A program made the translations under genes and the position numbers. This document shows positions 54,807-63,419 of a stretch of 64,000 nucleotides of DNA, piece by piece (positions within the stretch are counted from its first letter, which is position 1; each line of letters starts with the position of its first letter). The notes beneath the pieces were generated by a model. It worked only from the letters and a program-made list of their open reading frames with translations, was not told the DNA's origin and did no database searches. The stretch is from an uncultured Gammaproteobacteria bacterium (GTDB taxonomy: Bacteria; Patescibacteriota; Patescibacteriia; UBA9934): the NCBI GenBank assembly GCA_964599455.1, contig CAZREA010000004.1, positions 1,628 to 65,627 of the forward strand, given 5' to 3'.

Positions 54807-55753
54807 ACGGTAGGATAAGGTTTGAGTTGGGAAAGTACCGCTTGCAGTTCGGTGGGAAGCGGAGCGGTAAAGGCGGTGCGTTCACCAGAAGGAAGCGTAA
54901 GCGTGAGTGATGAGGCGTGCAGAAAAAGTCGTCCGAGTGGCATCGACTTTTTGTTGCGGTGCACGTACAGTGTGTCTCCGGCAACGGGATGACCGATGGC
55001 GAACATATGGGCACGAATTTGGTGTGTGCGCCCGGTTTCAATGCGGATTGTAAGAAGAGTAGAACTCGAGTAGCAGGTGGTGCGTTTGTAGTGGGTGATC
55101 GCTTCTTTTCCTTCTTGCGAAAGAGGTCGTGCGGCCATGCGTCCGCGCGTTGTTGAGCGAGCGATAGGGAAAGTGATCGTGCCGTGCTCGTCTTGTACAT
55201 GACCAAGAACCAGGACGGTATAGATCTTTTCTGTTTCTCGATTTTTAAACTGCTCTTTCAAGAATGCGTGAGTTTGTTCATTTTTTGCCAACACCACAAC
55301 ACCTGAGGCGTCTTTGTCGAGACGATGGACAACGCCCGATCGCAACGGATTGCCGCCTACCCCAGCCATGGATGGAATATGTGCCACGGCCGCATCCATA
55401 AGCGTCGTTGGTTGTTCTTTTGCTGCGCCTGTTGGATGCGTGAGTATTCCGGCGGGTTTATTGACGACCAAAACATGCTCGTCTTCAAAAAGAATATCCA
55501 ATGTCAGAGGAGTGTGAGGTGTTGAACTTACCGCAGAAGAAGATTCCTCTATGGTAATGACGTCGCTTGGCAAAATCATGGTATGAGCAGATACCAAGGC
55601 ATCATTAACCAAAATACGCCCTTCTTTGATGAGTTTTTGGGCTTGGTTGCGACTGATTGCCATCTTTTCTGCCAAGGCTACATCGAGTCGTTTGGCAAGA
55701 GTATCATGAGAAGGAATGTCAGACATGGCCAGAGTATGGCAGAAAATGTTCAT
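54803..55753 (-). CDS. RluA-family pseudouridine synthase (RluD-like)
   Basis: S4 domain plus 'HRLDKDASG' catalytic motif. Confidence 0.8.
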   Translation of the reverse strand: MNIFCHTLAMSDIPSHDTLAKRLDVALAEKMAISRNQAQKLIKEGRILVNDALVSAHTMILPSDVITIEESSSAVSSTPHTPLTLDILFEDEHVLVVNKPAGILTHPTGAAKEQPTTLMDAAVAHIPSMAGVGGNPLRSGVVHRLDKDASGVVVLAKNEQTHAFLKEQFKNRETEKIYTVLVLGHVQDEHGTITFPIARSTTRGRMAARPLSQEGKEAITHYKRTTCYSSSTLLTIRIETGRTHQIRAHMFAIGHPVAGDTLYVHRNKKSMPLGRLFLHASSLTLTLPSGERTAFTAPLPTELQAVLSQLKPYPTV

Positions 55754-55814
55754 TTGGGCTACAGTAAAGGGCGTTTAGAAATGCGCGACGACGGCTGACT
55801 AAGTTTGTCAGATG

Positions 55815-55890
55815 CTAGGAGGCAATACGACGCAGGTCGAGACGTACTACAGCCGTACGTTGAAACCGAGTTCAGTATTGCCGACACCGC
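55815..55890. repeat. R2 repeat copy b, ~30 nt upstream of tRNA-Ile(UAU)
   Basis: 'CTAGGAGGCaaTACGACGCAGGtCGAGACGTACtacagccGTACGTTGA..' ~85% identical to R2a. Confidence 0.6.
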
Positions 55891-55920
55891 AGCTGGCAAA
55901 CTTGGGTCGGCTGTCGGTAC

Positions 55921-55997
55921 GGGCCTGTAGCTCAGTTGGTTAGAGCTCCGAGCTTATACCTCGGTGGTCCCTGGTTCGAATCCAGGCAGGCCTACCA
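55921..55997 (+). tRNA. tRNA-Ile (anticodon UAU), CCA encoded
   Basis: Anticodon stem CCGAG/CTCGG with loop ctTATac; Ile-type D-arm TAGCTCAGTTGGTTAGAGC; T-arm GGTTCGAATCC. Confidence 0.7.
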
Positions 55998-56000
55998 TTG

Positions 56001-56178
56001 AAAGCCTTTTTATTCGGGCTATTTTCTGCCTTCATCACTGCGGTCAACTCACCGTACAGAAGAAGTACGGCTTTCTCCTTCGCTAAAGCTTCGGGGGAAT
56101 GACCCCGTAGCTTACAGCGGAGGGTCATCGTTGATCCTCGTTCTTCAGGACAGGAATTATCTCCAAATAAAAAGGTTT
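56001..56178. repeat. R1 hairpin repeat, copy C (longer variant), abutting tRNA-Ile 3' end
   Basis: Same terminal inverted repeats and 'CATCACTGCGGTCAACTCACCGTA' core plus ~55-nt internal insertion. Confidence 0.65.
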
Positions 56179-56179
56179 T

Positions 56180-56362
56180 TTGCAGAACACTCCTTATTCT
56201 ATGTTTTTCCTCCCCATTCTGTGTTTAGCTCTTGCCGGTTTTTTAGCCTGGTTTGGCCATCATGAACAAAATACCGTGTTCTATATTTTGGCGTTTACGT
56301 TATTAGTAGCGGCGTTAGGGACTGCGCTTTTGAGTTATTTTGCGCTCTCTATTATCAACTAG
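56180..56362 (+). CDS. small membrane protein (60 aa, TTG start)
   Basis: Two TM helices. Confidence 0.35.
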   Translation: MQNTPYSMFFLPILCLALAGFLAWFGHHEQNTVFYILAFTLLVAALGTALLSYFALSIIN

Positions 56363-56365
56363 ACT

Positions 56366-56740
56366 ATGCCGCTTGATATCCTTTCACCTTCATCGTTTAT
56401 TTTTGCTCTGGCATTGTTGTGGTTTCTTTTCTTTTGGATTGGTGGCGGTGTCTTTTTTGCCATCCTGTCACTTTCACGTTTCATGCACGTGCATAGAGCA
56501 CGCTTTAGTTGTGTATTTACGTTATTGAGCGCGGTTGCCGCATATGGATCAGCATGGCTTGGTGTGCGGAGATTGCTTTTGCAGCCTGTGTGTATAGAAC
56601 AAGCGAAACAGCTGCGTGATATCTTTTCTGTGATGTTTTCCTGTGGAGCGTGGGAGATTTTTTCGGCGGCAGGAATATGCTTTTTGCTGTTGATGGTGTT
56701 AGGAGCGGTGGTGATGTTTTCGTCGAGAGGGAAGAGATAG
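56366..56740 (+). CDS. membrane protein (124 aa, 3-4 TM helices)
   Basis: Hydrophobic ORF followed by a terminator. Confidence 0.45.
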   Translation: MPLDILSPSSFIFALALLWFLFFWIGGGVFFAILSLSRFMHVHRARFSCVFTLLSAVAAYGSAWLGVRRLLLQPVCIEQAKQLRDIFSVMFSCGAWEIFSAAGICFLLLMVLGAVVMFSSRGKR

Positions 56741-56741
56741 C

Positions 56742-56768
56742 AAAAACTCCTCATAATGAGGAGTTTTT
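56742..56768. terminator. bidirectional intrinsic terminator
   Basis: AAAAACTCCTCAtaaTGAGGAGTTTTT. Confidence 0.7.
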
Positions 56769-56769
56769 G

Positions 56770-56846
56770 TGGTGGGCGGTACAAGATTCGAACTTGTGAC
56801 CTTCACAATGTCAATGTGACGCTCTAACCAACTGAGCTAACCGCCC
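56770..56846 (-). tRNA. tRNA-Val (anticodon GAC), CCA encoded
   Basis: Anticodon loop ttGACat; T-arm ACAAGTTCGAATCTTGT; acceptor GGGCGGT/ACCGCCC. Confidence 0.85.
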
Positions 56847-56902
56847 TTTGACTACTGACAAAGCGGAATAACTATAGGGATATTTATCAAATACGTCAAC
56901 GT

Positions 56903-58204
56903 TTATTCTCTTTGCAAAACGAGTCGATGGGCAAATTGCAATGCATCCTCATGGGATGAAAGCGCGCCTTTTAGTTGTTCATTACGCACATGCTGTAAAA
57001 GCAGACGCAAGGCTGGTCCTGGGGCAATGCCAAGAGGGAGGAGATCGCGTCCACGTAACAGTTTCGGCATCAGCGCCTGTTTCGGCAGACGATCACGAAC
57101 AATGGCTGCACGTTCGATATTGCGTAGCAATTGTCGTTGCGGCGAGATGAGGGATGTTGCGTAGGTCAGGGCCAGTGCTTGTGCACCGATATCGCCACCT
57201 ACGATTTTTTCTGCCTGGGCAAGCGACCACAGATCAGGATTTTCTTCACTTATGCGTCGAGTTTTTTGCAATATGTCTTGCGTTGCCTGTTCATCAAACG
57301 ACAAATAAGGATGCGATGCTCCGGCCGCATGAAAACGACGCGCATGGGTTTGGAACGCTCCTTCTCCTTCAGGATGCGCGGCAAAAAGTCCGGCAGCAGT
57401 AAGCGATGCACTCAACGGCGCGTTGGCATAGCGTTGGCGAATGTAGTCATCATGCAGTGCGGAAAGAATTTGTTCTTCTGGATGACCATTTTGCACGTGC
57501 GGCAAAAGTACCGGAAGTAACCCTGCCTCATCAAAAAGTTTCCAGGCATTTTTTGGGTGATGATGGAGTGCGAGAAGTTTTTCAGTAAAAAGCTGATGCC
57601 GCGGTACCTTGTAGACGGCGGTTCCATGCTCTTCATGTGTCACTCGCGCATGAAGATGTTTGGCGTAGGTTTGTATCGCTGTCCACGTTTCCGAATCAAT
57701 AGTGAGATGAAACTGTATACTTAATCGTATTGCACGCAGTAATTGCAAGGGGCGCAAACGAAATTGCGTTGCGGGAGATTCTATGGTGCGGAGCGTTCCT
57801 TTTTGCAAGGCAGAGATGCCATCAAAAGGATCGTGTAACTGGCCGTTACGTACCGAATAGCCCATGGCATTCATGGTGAAGTCAGCTTTTGTCAGTGCAT
57901 CATGCAAGGGATCGGGAATAGAAGATTCTTTTAAAGCAAGAAGCGTAATTTCGAACATCGTGGGAGCAGGATGTTGTGCGAGCCACGCATTTGTACGAAG
58001 AACATTCGGCGTCAGAATAAAAACGTGCACATGTGCGGGCAATCGACCTAAGAGTGCATCACGCACAGTTCCGCCAAATAAAACGATATCCGATGCGGGA
58101 AACGCCTGGAGATAGCGAAACATCCAGGAGCACGCAGGCGTATCGGCAACAAATGCGCCAACGCGTTGTGCAGGAGGAAAAGGTGATCGCCAAGCAAGGG
58201 ACAT
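56903..58204 (-). CDS. cca: CCA-adding enzyme / poly(A) polymerase family tRNA nucleotidyltransferase (internal start)
   Basis: 'FGGTVRDALLG' class II nucleotidyltransferase motif; the track ORF's N-terminal extension is antisense to the GC island. Confidence 0.7.
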   Translation of the reverse strand: MSLAWRSPFPPAQRVGAFVADTPACSWMFRYLQAFPASDIVLFGGTVRDALLGRLPAHVHVFILTPNVLRTNAWLAQHPAPTMFEITLLALKESSIPDPLHDALTKADFTMNAMGYSVRNGQLHDPFDGISALQKGTLRTIESPATQFRLRPLQLLRAIRLSIQFHLTIDSETWTAIQTYAKHLHARVTHEEHGTAVYKVPRHQLFTEKLLALHHHPKNAWKLFDEAGLLPVLLPHVQNGHPEEQILSALHDDYIRQRYANAPLSASLTAAGLFAAHPEGEGAFQTHARRFHAAGASHPYLSFDEQATQDILQKTRRISEENPDLWSLAQAEKIVGGDIGAQALALTYATSLISPQRQLLRNIERAAIVRDRLPKQALMPKLLRGRDLLPLGIAPGPALRLLLQHVRNEQLKGALSSHEDALQFAHRLVLQRE

Positions 58205-58316
58205 GACAAGATTATAGCAGAACCATCCTTTTATTGACGTTTGCTCGATAGTTTGTTGAACTATCCCCTCGGACTTCCTCGAGCCTTTCGGTGTTGGCCA
58301 ACCGAACGGAGGCGCC

Positions 58317-58805
58317 ATGCGCACCCTTACTCTCATCGCGTTCTTCCTCCTTGCCTCCCGCGCATTTGCGCAGGAGTCCACTTTGCCCGCTCCAACCAGC
58401 GTCGTCATCATGGCGCAAGAGTCGAATGATCGTGTGCGGAATGCGGTGGTGTCGAATGCCATCGTCGTCAACTGGACCACCTCGCCGCCCACGATCTCGA
58501 TCTTCGTCGAGTCCGTGGACACCGGGAGACACATCCAGACGCTCAGCCTGTCCGGCGAACGCAACGGCGCGTTCTGGATCTTCCGCGTCCCCGTCCAAGC
58601 CAGCGTGTCCTCCCCGTTCGTCGAGGTCATCCTCGGGTCCGGGAACGTGTTCGCGGTGACCATCGACGAGGCGGGCGAACGTCAGTTGGTCGCCGTCAAC
58701 CAGGTAGCCGAGGTCTACTTCCCGTTCAACGCGAACGGGGATGAGTACTGCGTTTCCCTGAGCAAGCCGATCGCCTGCATGGGGAGCAATTGCCCGCCGA
58801 TCTGA
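58317..58805 (+). CDS. GC-cassette secreted hypothetical protein (162 aa, GGAGG SD)
   Basis: Signal peptide 'MRTLTLIAFFLLASRAFA'; GC-rich. Confidence 0.5.
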   Translation: MRTLTLIAFFLLASRAFAQESTLPAPTSVVIMAQESNDRVRNAVVSNAIVVNWTTSPPTISIFVESVDTGRHIQTLSLSGERNGAFWIFRVPVQASVSSPFVEVILGSGNVFAVTIDEAGERQLVAVNQVAEVYFPFNANGDEYCVSLSKPIACMGSNCPPI

Positions 58806-58828
58806 GCCACGTCACCACCTGACCCAGC

Positions 58829-58876
58829 AAAACATCACCCCCGTGCGGTGATCCTGCTGCGCGCGGGTGGTGTTTT
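58829..58876 (+). terminator. GC-rich hairpin H8 after 58317..58805
   Basis: AAAACATCACCCCCG..CGCGGGTGGTGTTTT. Confidence 0.45.
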
Positions 58877-59004
58877 GTTTAGGGGATAAAGGTAGAATAT
58901 ATTCTTGTTTACCGCGTATTTTTCTCCCTTCATCCTCACTTTCATAAAATTAAATAATACCTCTAATATCAGCCAAATATTCACCCTTTCATCAAGAGAA
59001 ATAC

Positions 59005-59033
59005 TTGACGAAAGGGTAAAAATATGATATAAA
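59005..59033 (+). promoter_or_regulatory. sigma70-like promoter TTGACG-N17-TATAAA
   Basis: Consensus-like hexamers, 17-nt spacer. Confidence 0.5.
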
Positions 59034-59039
59034 ATGTGC

Positions 59040-59702
59040 ATGATACGGAGCTGATCCATCACGGATCAAGCCGGATCAGTGAAAGGAGGTGAAACAACTT
59101 CTTTTCCGGGGAGGCTCTCAAGCTCCCCAATGCCCCAGACGCCCCTGCTAAGCGGGGGCACGATCAAGATGCGCCAGGAGTCGAGAGGAGTCGCCAAGAC
59201 TCTCGCGTCAACGGCAACGTTGATTCAACATTGGCAAAGCCGGACGAATGCGAGTAGGGGAGGTTAGCCGACCTCCCGTGGTGGAGTAATCCATCGCCCC
59301 TAAGGCTAGAGCCTCTCTCTCCTAATCGGGAGGATGATGGCTCGACTCGCAGCTTGCTGCGAGCCTTGTGGGAGTAAAACGTCGATGAGGGGTTGTTATG
59401 CTGAGCCCCTCAACCTTTCAGTGCATTAGGCGCTGAAAGAGGCCAGAATCAGTAAAAAATCTCACAGGCTCTCACGATCCGAAAGGATGAGCCAATGAGA
59501 TGTTTCGCACGGTGACGTGTGAACGGCGGCAACAACTTCCTTCGTGAAAGGAAGTCAAGGCCAAACTCTGTCGGATAAAGCGTCCGCAACTGACAGAGCA
59601 ATGTGATTCCCCTCGACTGCATTGAGTGCGAGGGTGAGTCACGCGGATTAGTCTTCTAGACCATCGTGTATGCGGCAACGCAGACGATGGTCGCTTTTTT
59701 TT
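59040..59702 (+). ncRNA. candidate large structured RNA (~650 nt), class unknown
   Basis: Bounded by the promoter and terminator GACCATCGT..ACGATGGTC plus T8; at least ten local GC-rich hairpins with GNRA/UUCG-type loops; no credible ORF. Confidence 0.3.
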
Positions 59703-59766
59703 ATCCCTTGAAACCGATGAACGCGCTTTATGTTACTATCTTGGGGTATTTTGATTTGATTTTTCT

Positions 59767-60630
59767 ATGTCAAAACAGCATCTTCACGCGCTCGGCGTCC
59801 TCGCCCTTTGTTCGGCGGGTTGCGAAAGACCGCCAGAATCTTTTCCTTTAACTGATGATCAGAAAGATGAAGTCGTTGCACATGCTGAAAAGATAGAGAG
59901 AACTGCGCCATTTATGGTTGCCCTCATGAAGTATTCATATGAGGATTATCAATTTGGCAAACGAAAAAAAGAGGGTATAGATGAGGCGGAAGAGGATCTT
60001 TACGCTTCTTTGGATGACTTATGGAGTTTTATCGAGCGTGATCGTGTATATGGTTTTCATGGAGAGAATTTTCGTGATGGTACCATCGCCGCATCTATAC
60101 AGCGGCGTATTTTAAACTTCCGTGAATATATAACGATTGATGTGGATGGGTTCGAAGCGATTACGAGTTCAATGCTATTCCACGAAACCGGACATCTCGA
60201 AACTTTTCATCACAAAAAATCTCTTGAAGATGCGATTTTAGCGTTTAATGCGGAAAATGAAGCCTCATACGCCAATGACCCTGACATCATTCGCCTAATC
60301 GCTGATCAACAAGATTTTCCCTATCTACTGACGGTTTTTGGAGAATTTGCCGATGTGTTATTAGACAGCATTGAATCTCAAGTAGAATCTAGAGATCTTT
60401 CCGATCTTTCTCTTGAAAAAGAAAGAGACATTTGGCTCGAGAATGAGACTTCGCGGTTGACCGAAATGAAAGCTCCGGCTATGGATGCATTGGGAATTAC
60501 GGAAGAGGAATTGAAGGAGTCGTTGCGAGAATCCAAGATGTTTGATTACAAGAAAGAATTGTACAACGAGCGGAAAAGAGAATTGGGAGAAAAAATACGA
60601 AATGATGCACCAAAACCTGCAAAACGTTAG
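59767..60630 (+). CDS. lipoprotein with HExxH zinc-metallopeptidase motif
   Basis: Lipobox 'LALCSAGC'; 'LFHETGHLETFHH'. Confidence 0.5.
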   Translation: MSKQHLHALGVLALCSAGCERPPESFPLTDDQKDEVVAHAEKIERTAPFMVALMKYSYEDYQFGKRKKEGIDEAEEDLYASLDDLWSFIERDRVYGFHGENFRDGTIAASIQRRILNFREYITIDVDGFEAITSSMLFHETGHLETFHHKKSLEDAILAFNAENEASYANDPDIIRLIADQQDFPYLLTVFGEFADVLLDSIESQVESRDLSDLSLEKERDIWLENETSRLTEMKAPAMDALGITEEELKESLRESKMFDYKKELYNERKRELGEKIRNDAPKPAKR

Positions 60631-60671
60631 AAAGAGGCGCTATAAGGATTCTTCTGGCGAATACAAGAAGT

Positions 60672-61424
60672 TTACTGAACAGCTTCGTAGCGCCGTTTCA
60701 ATGCTTCGATCTGTTCATTCGATCCGCAGACGACCGACAAAAATATCCTTGCTTCATGCAGTGGGGGTTCGGAATGCACTTTCGCATTCTCATCTCCTAC
60801 GAGATAGATCGTTGCGTGATGTTCTTTAACCCGTTCAGTTTCGTGCACGATCGCATCGAGCTCTCTTCTTAAACGAGTGTCTTCTTTCTCAATTTCTTCG
60901 GGATCTGCATCCTCTCTCGCATAATTTTCAGCAATCTCGCGAGAAAGTTGTTGAAACTTTTCTTTATCTTTTATCTCGGCAAAACGGGAGGGAGGGCCTT
61001 TTACTGCAAAAACTAATTTGTACGTTTTTTCTTCAGATGAAAAATATTTTCCATCAACGTGCCATCTCGGAAGATCAAAAGTATCATCGGGCAATGTAAC
61101 TCTCACCATAACCCATGCAGCTTCTTGATGAAGTTTTTTTCGCACATCTTCAGCTATTCGTGCGATAAAACGAGAAAGAGTGATGATGCTTTCTTTGCGG
61201 TTACCTTCCAGCTGAGAGAGATGAGCGATGAGATTTTCTAAAAGTTCATGATCTATTGGTCCGTAATGATTAAATTGAGGAAGCTCTTTTTGAATAATGA
61301 TTTCCCGTATGCTCTCCTGTTCTTCTGGAGTGAATCCGACATCAAACGACACGATACCCCTTTCTTTGAGGATCTCCATGTTGTTTTTTAATTGCTCTCG
61401 TCCTTCTTTTTCTGAATAGTGCAT
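60672..61424 (-). CDS. hypothetical protein (250 aa)
   Basis: ORF only; lower GC than neighbours. Confidence 0.4.
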   Translation of the reverse strand: MHYSEKEGREQLKNNMEILKERGIVSFDVGFTPEEQESIREIIIQKELPQFNHYGPIDHELLENLIAHLSQLEGNRKESIITLSRFIARIAEDVRKKLHQEAAWVMVRVTLPDDTFDLPRWHVDGKYFSSEEKTYKLVFAVKGPPSRFAEIKDKEKFQQLSREIAENYAREDADPEEIEKEDTRLRRELDAIVHETERVKEHHATIYLVGDENAKVHSEPPLHEARIFLSVVCGSNEQIEALKRRYEAVQ

Positions 61425-61556
61425 ATTGCTTCATCTTAACGAAAGTCGTTCTATACAATCAAATTTCATAAAGAAGCTGCTCTAAAGAGTTTCTTTATCC
61501 ACCTATTTCTTTTTGTAAAAAAAGCAAAATGATTTACTCTGGTAGAAGAATATTTA

Positions 61557-62045
61557 ATGGCATCGTTCAATATGAAACTAGTATCAGAAACGTATATGGG
61601 ACCAGATGGGAAGACAAACTTTTTGGGTGAGTTGGCAGTTCTTGAAGCGTATGAATATCCAAGGCGTGCGATGAAGGATGGTAAATGGGTCTACGATGCA
61701 CGAAGAGATAGCGATGATAATAATATGTTCAGGGCGGCTACGTTGGCTGAGCAACTGTTGGCACGAGGTGATTATCAAAATGCTCTTCGGGCGGCGCAGG
61801 TAGAGGTGCGTTTTGGATGCGCGATTCTTGATCAATCGGGACAGCACGCTTATCAAATCGCCGAAATGGCGCTTGCGAATAATGATTGGGAAGGTTTTCG
61901 CGCGGCACTTGAAGCTGCTCGTGGCATGGGTGCGTGGGCGTATGATCCTGCACGAACAATACGAGAAATGGGTATAGAGCGAGCACGAACAACCGGAAAT
62001 ACTGAAATGCTTGCAAAGTTAGAAGATGAAGCTGCAAGAGAGTAA
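61557..62045 (+). CDS. hypothetical protein (162 aa)
   Basis: ORF only. Confidence 0.4.
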   Translation: MASFNMKLVSETYMGPDGKTNFLGELAVLEAYEYPRRAMKDGKWVYDARRDSDDNNMFRAATLAEQLLARGDYQNALRAAQVEVRFGCAILDQSGQHAYQIAEMALANNDWEGFRAALEAARGMGAWAYDPARTIREMGIERARTTGNTEMLAKLEDEAARE

Positions 62046-62084
62046 TAAAAATACCGAGTCTATACTCGGTATTTTTATGAAAGA

Positions 62085-63206
62085 TTATGAAATGTTGTTC
62101 AAGGATTGCACTATCTCCTCTCGAATATTTGCTAATGATTTCTCTTTTTCAAAACTACACATTACCAAGTCCCGTGTTCCTTCCATTTTTGTTGCTGCAC
62201 AGAGCTGGCGAGCATCAAGCGGACGATTGACGGCAACCAAAGCACGATTTGCCTGCTCATCTTCAAAAAGAAGTACCACGATTTTGGCCTCAGCCGTTGA
62301 TTGTAAAAGCTCTTGAGCGATTTCTTCCAAATGATCAGGCGTTGTGTGCGTTTTGAAAAAATCATCGCGACCAATGGTGCTTGTAAAGATGCCTGGCGCA
62401 ACTTCTTCAATTCGTGAAAAAACTGTTCCCCACAAGCGCATTGCGTCGACTGATCTTGTGCGATACAGGTTTTCCATGATGTGCATTCGTTCAGCTCCTC
62501 GCTCGATGAGTTTCGCTGAAGTGGCAAGTGTTGCCGAGGTGACGCGATCGCTGCGAAAGTTTTTGGTTTTGGCAATCATGCCGGTAAGCAGACAGGTAGC
62601 CACATGATTGGCGACCGATTCGGGTGAAAGCGACAGAAGGAGATTGGCACACGCTTCGCTGACCGAACCTGCTTGTGTATCAATACTATTCCAACGCCCG
62701 TATTCTTCATTGGAAGGGTGCCAATCAATGTTGAGAATCGGCATGGTGCTTAAGCTATCGGCATGATCACGGAAAAGAGAGCCAAGACTACTTAATTCGC
62801 GAGTGCCAAGGGTAATGAGCAAATCGTGCGCAGCAACACCGTGTTGCAAGCTGATGTTGTTGGCGGTGAGGGTACCTTCTTCTGGCGTTAACACAAGTGA
62901 AGTAAAGCCATTGTGTTCCATGCGTTCAACGGAACGTAATTTCATGCCCTGCGGCAAACTCACAGCCAAAGAGCGCAAATGCACGAGCGACGAAACAAGT
63001 GAGAGTTGTTGAATGAGAAATTGCAGCGACGAGGGTATGTTTTTTTCGCAGGCAATGAGTGTTTGTTTGCCGAGCGATGAAAGTACATGAGCTAAAGCGC
63101 ATGCTGCCGCAAAGCTATCGGCATCAGTATTGGCTGGTAAGGCAATAAGTGGTCGACGGGTGTCGAGCAGAATATCGTGAATTTGGGTAGAAAGATCTTT
63201 AGCCAC
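62085..63206 (-). CDS. DHH-family phosphoesterase (NrnA-like)
   Basis: N-term 'ANTDADSFAAACAL' DHH-type metal site; DHHA1-like C-terminus; GTG start. Confidence 0.5.
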   Translation of the reverse strand: MAKDLSTQIHDILLDTRRPLIALPANTDADSFAAACALAHVLSSLGKQTLIACEKNIPSSLQFLIQQLSLVSSLVHLRSLAVSLPQGMKLRSVERMEHNGFTSLVLTPEEGTLTANNISLQHGVAAHDLLITLGTRELSSLGSLFRDHADSLSTMPILNIDWHPSNEEYGRWNSIDTQAGSVSEACANLLLSLSPESVANHVATCLLTGMIAKTKNFRSDRVTSATLATSAKLIERGAERMHIMENLYRTRSVDAMRLWGTVFSRIEEVAPGIFTSTIGRDDFFKTHTTPDHLEEIAQELLQSTAEAKIVVLLFEDEQANRALVAVNRPLDARQLCAATKMEGTRDLVMCSFEKEKSLANIREEIVQSLNNIS

Positions 63207-63419
63207 AGGATGGGGGATGATAAGGGAGGAAGGGGAGAGCGGTCAAGAAGGGAGGGGATTGAGGCGCTTCTCCCTCCTGCCAGGAGGGAGATTAAGAGGG
63301 AGGCGAGCGAAGGAATATACTAGGCCCTTCGCATTCGCTCAGGGTCTGTTCGCTCGTCTTACCTTGCCCAACTAGCCAAACTAGCCTACTTTATTTGTTT
63401 TCGCTACAATCACCACACT

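Noticed and set aside
59040-59702. tmRNA, SRP RNA or 6S identity for the 650-nt structured RNA; ORF 59079..59267
   Set aside because: There is no tRNA-like 3' domain (GGTTCGA..ACCA), no tag-peptide reading frame and no SRP GGAA/AGCAG helix-8 motif. The ORF starts at GTG with no SD inside a hairpin-dense region.
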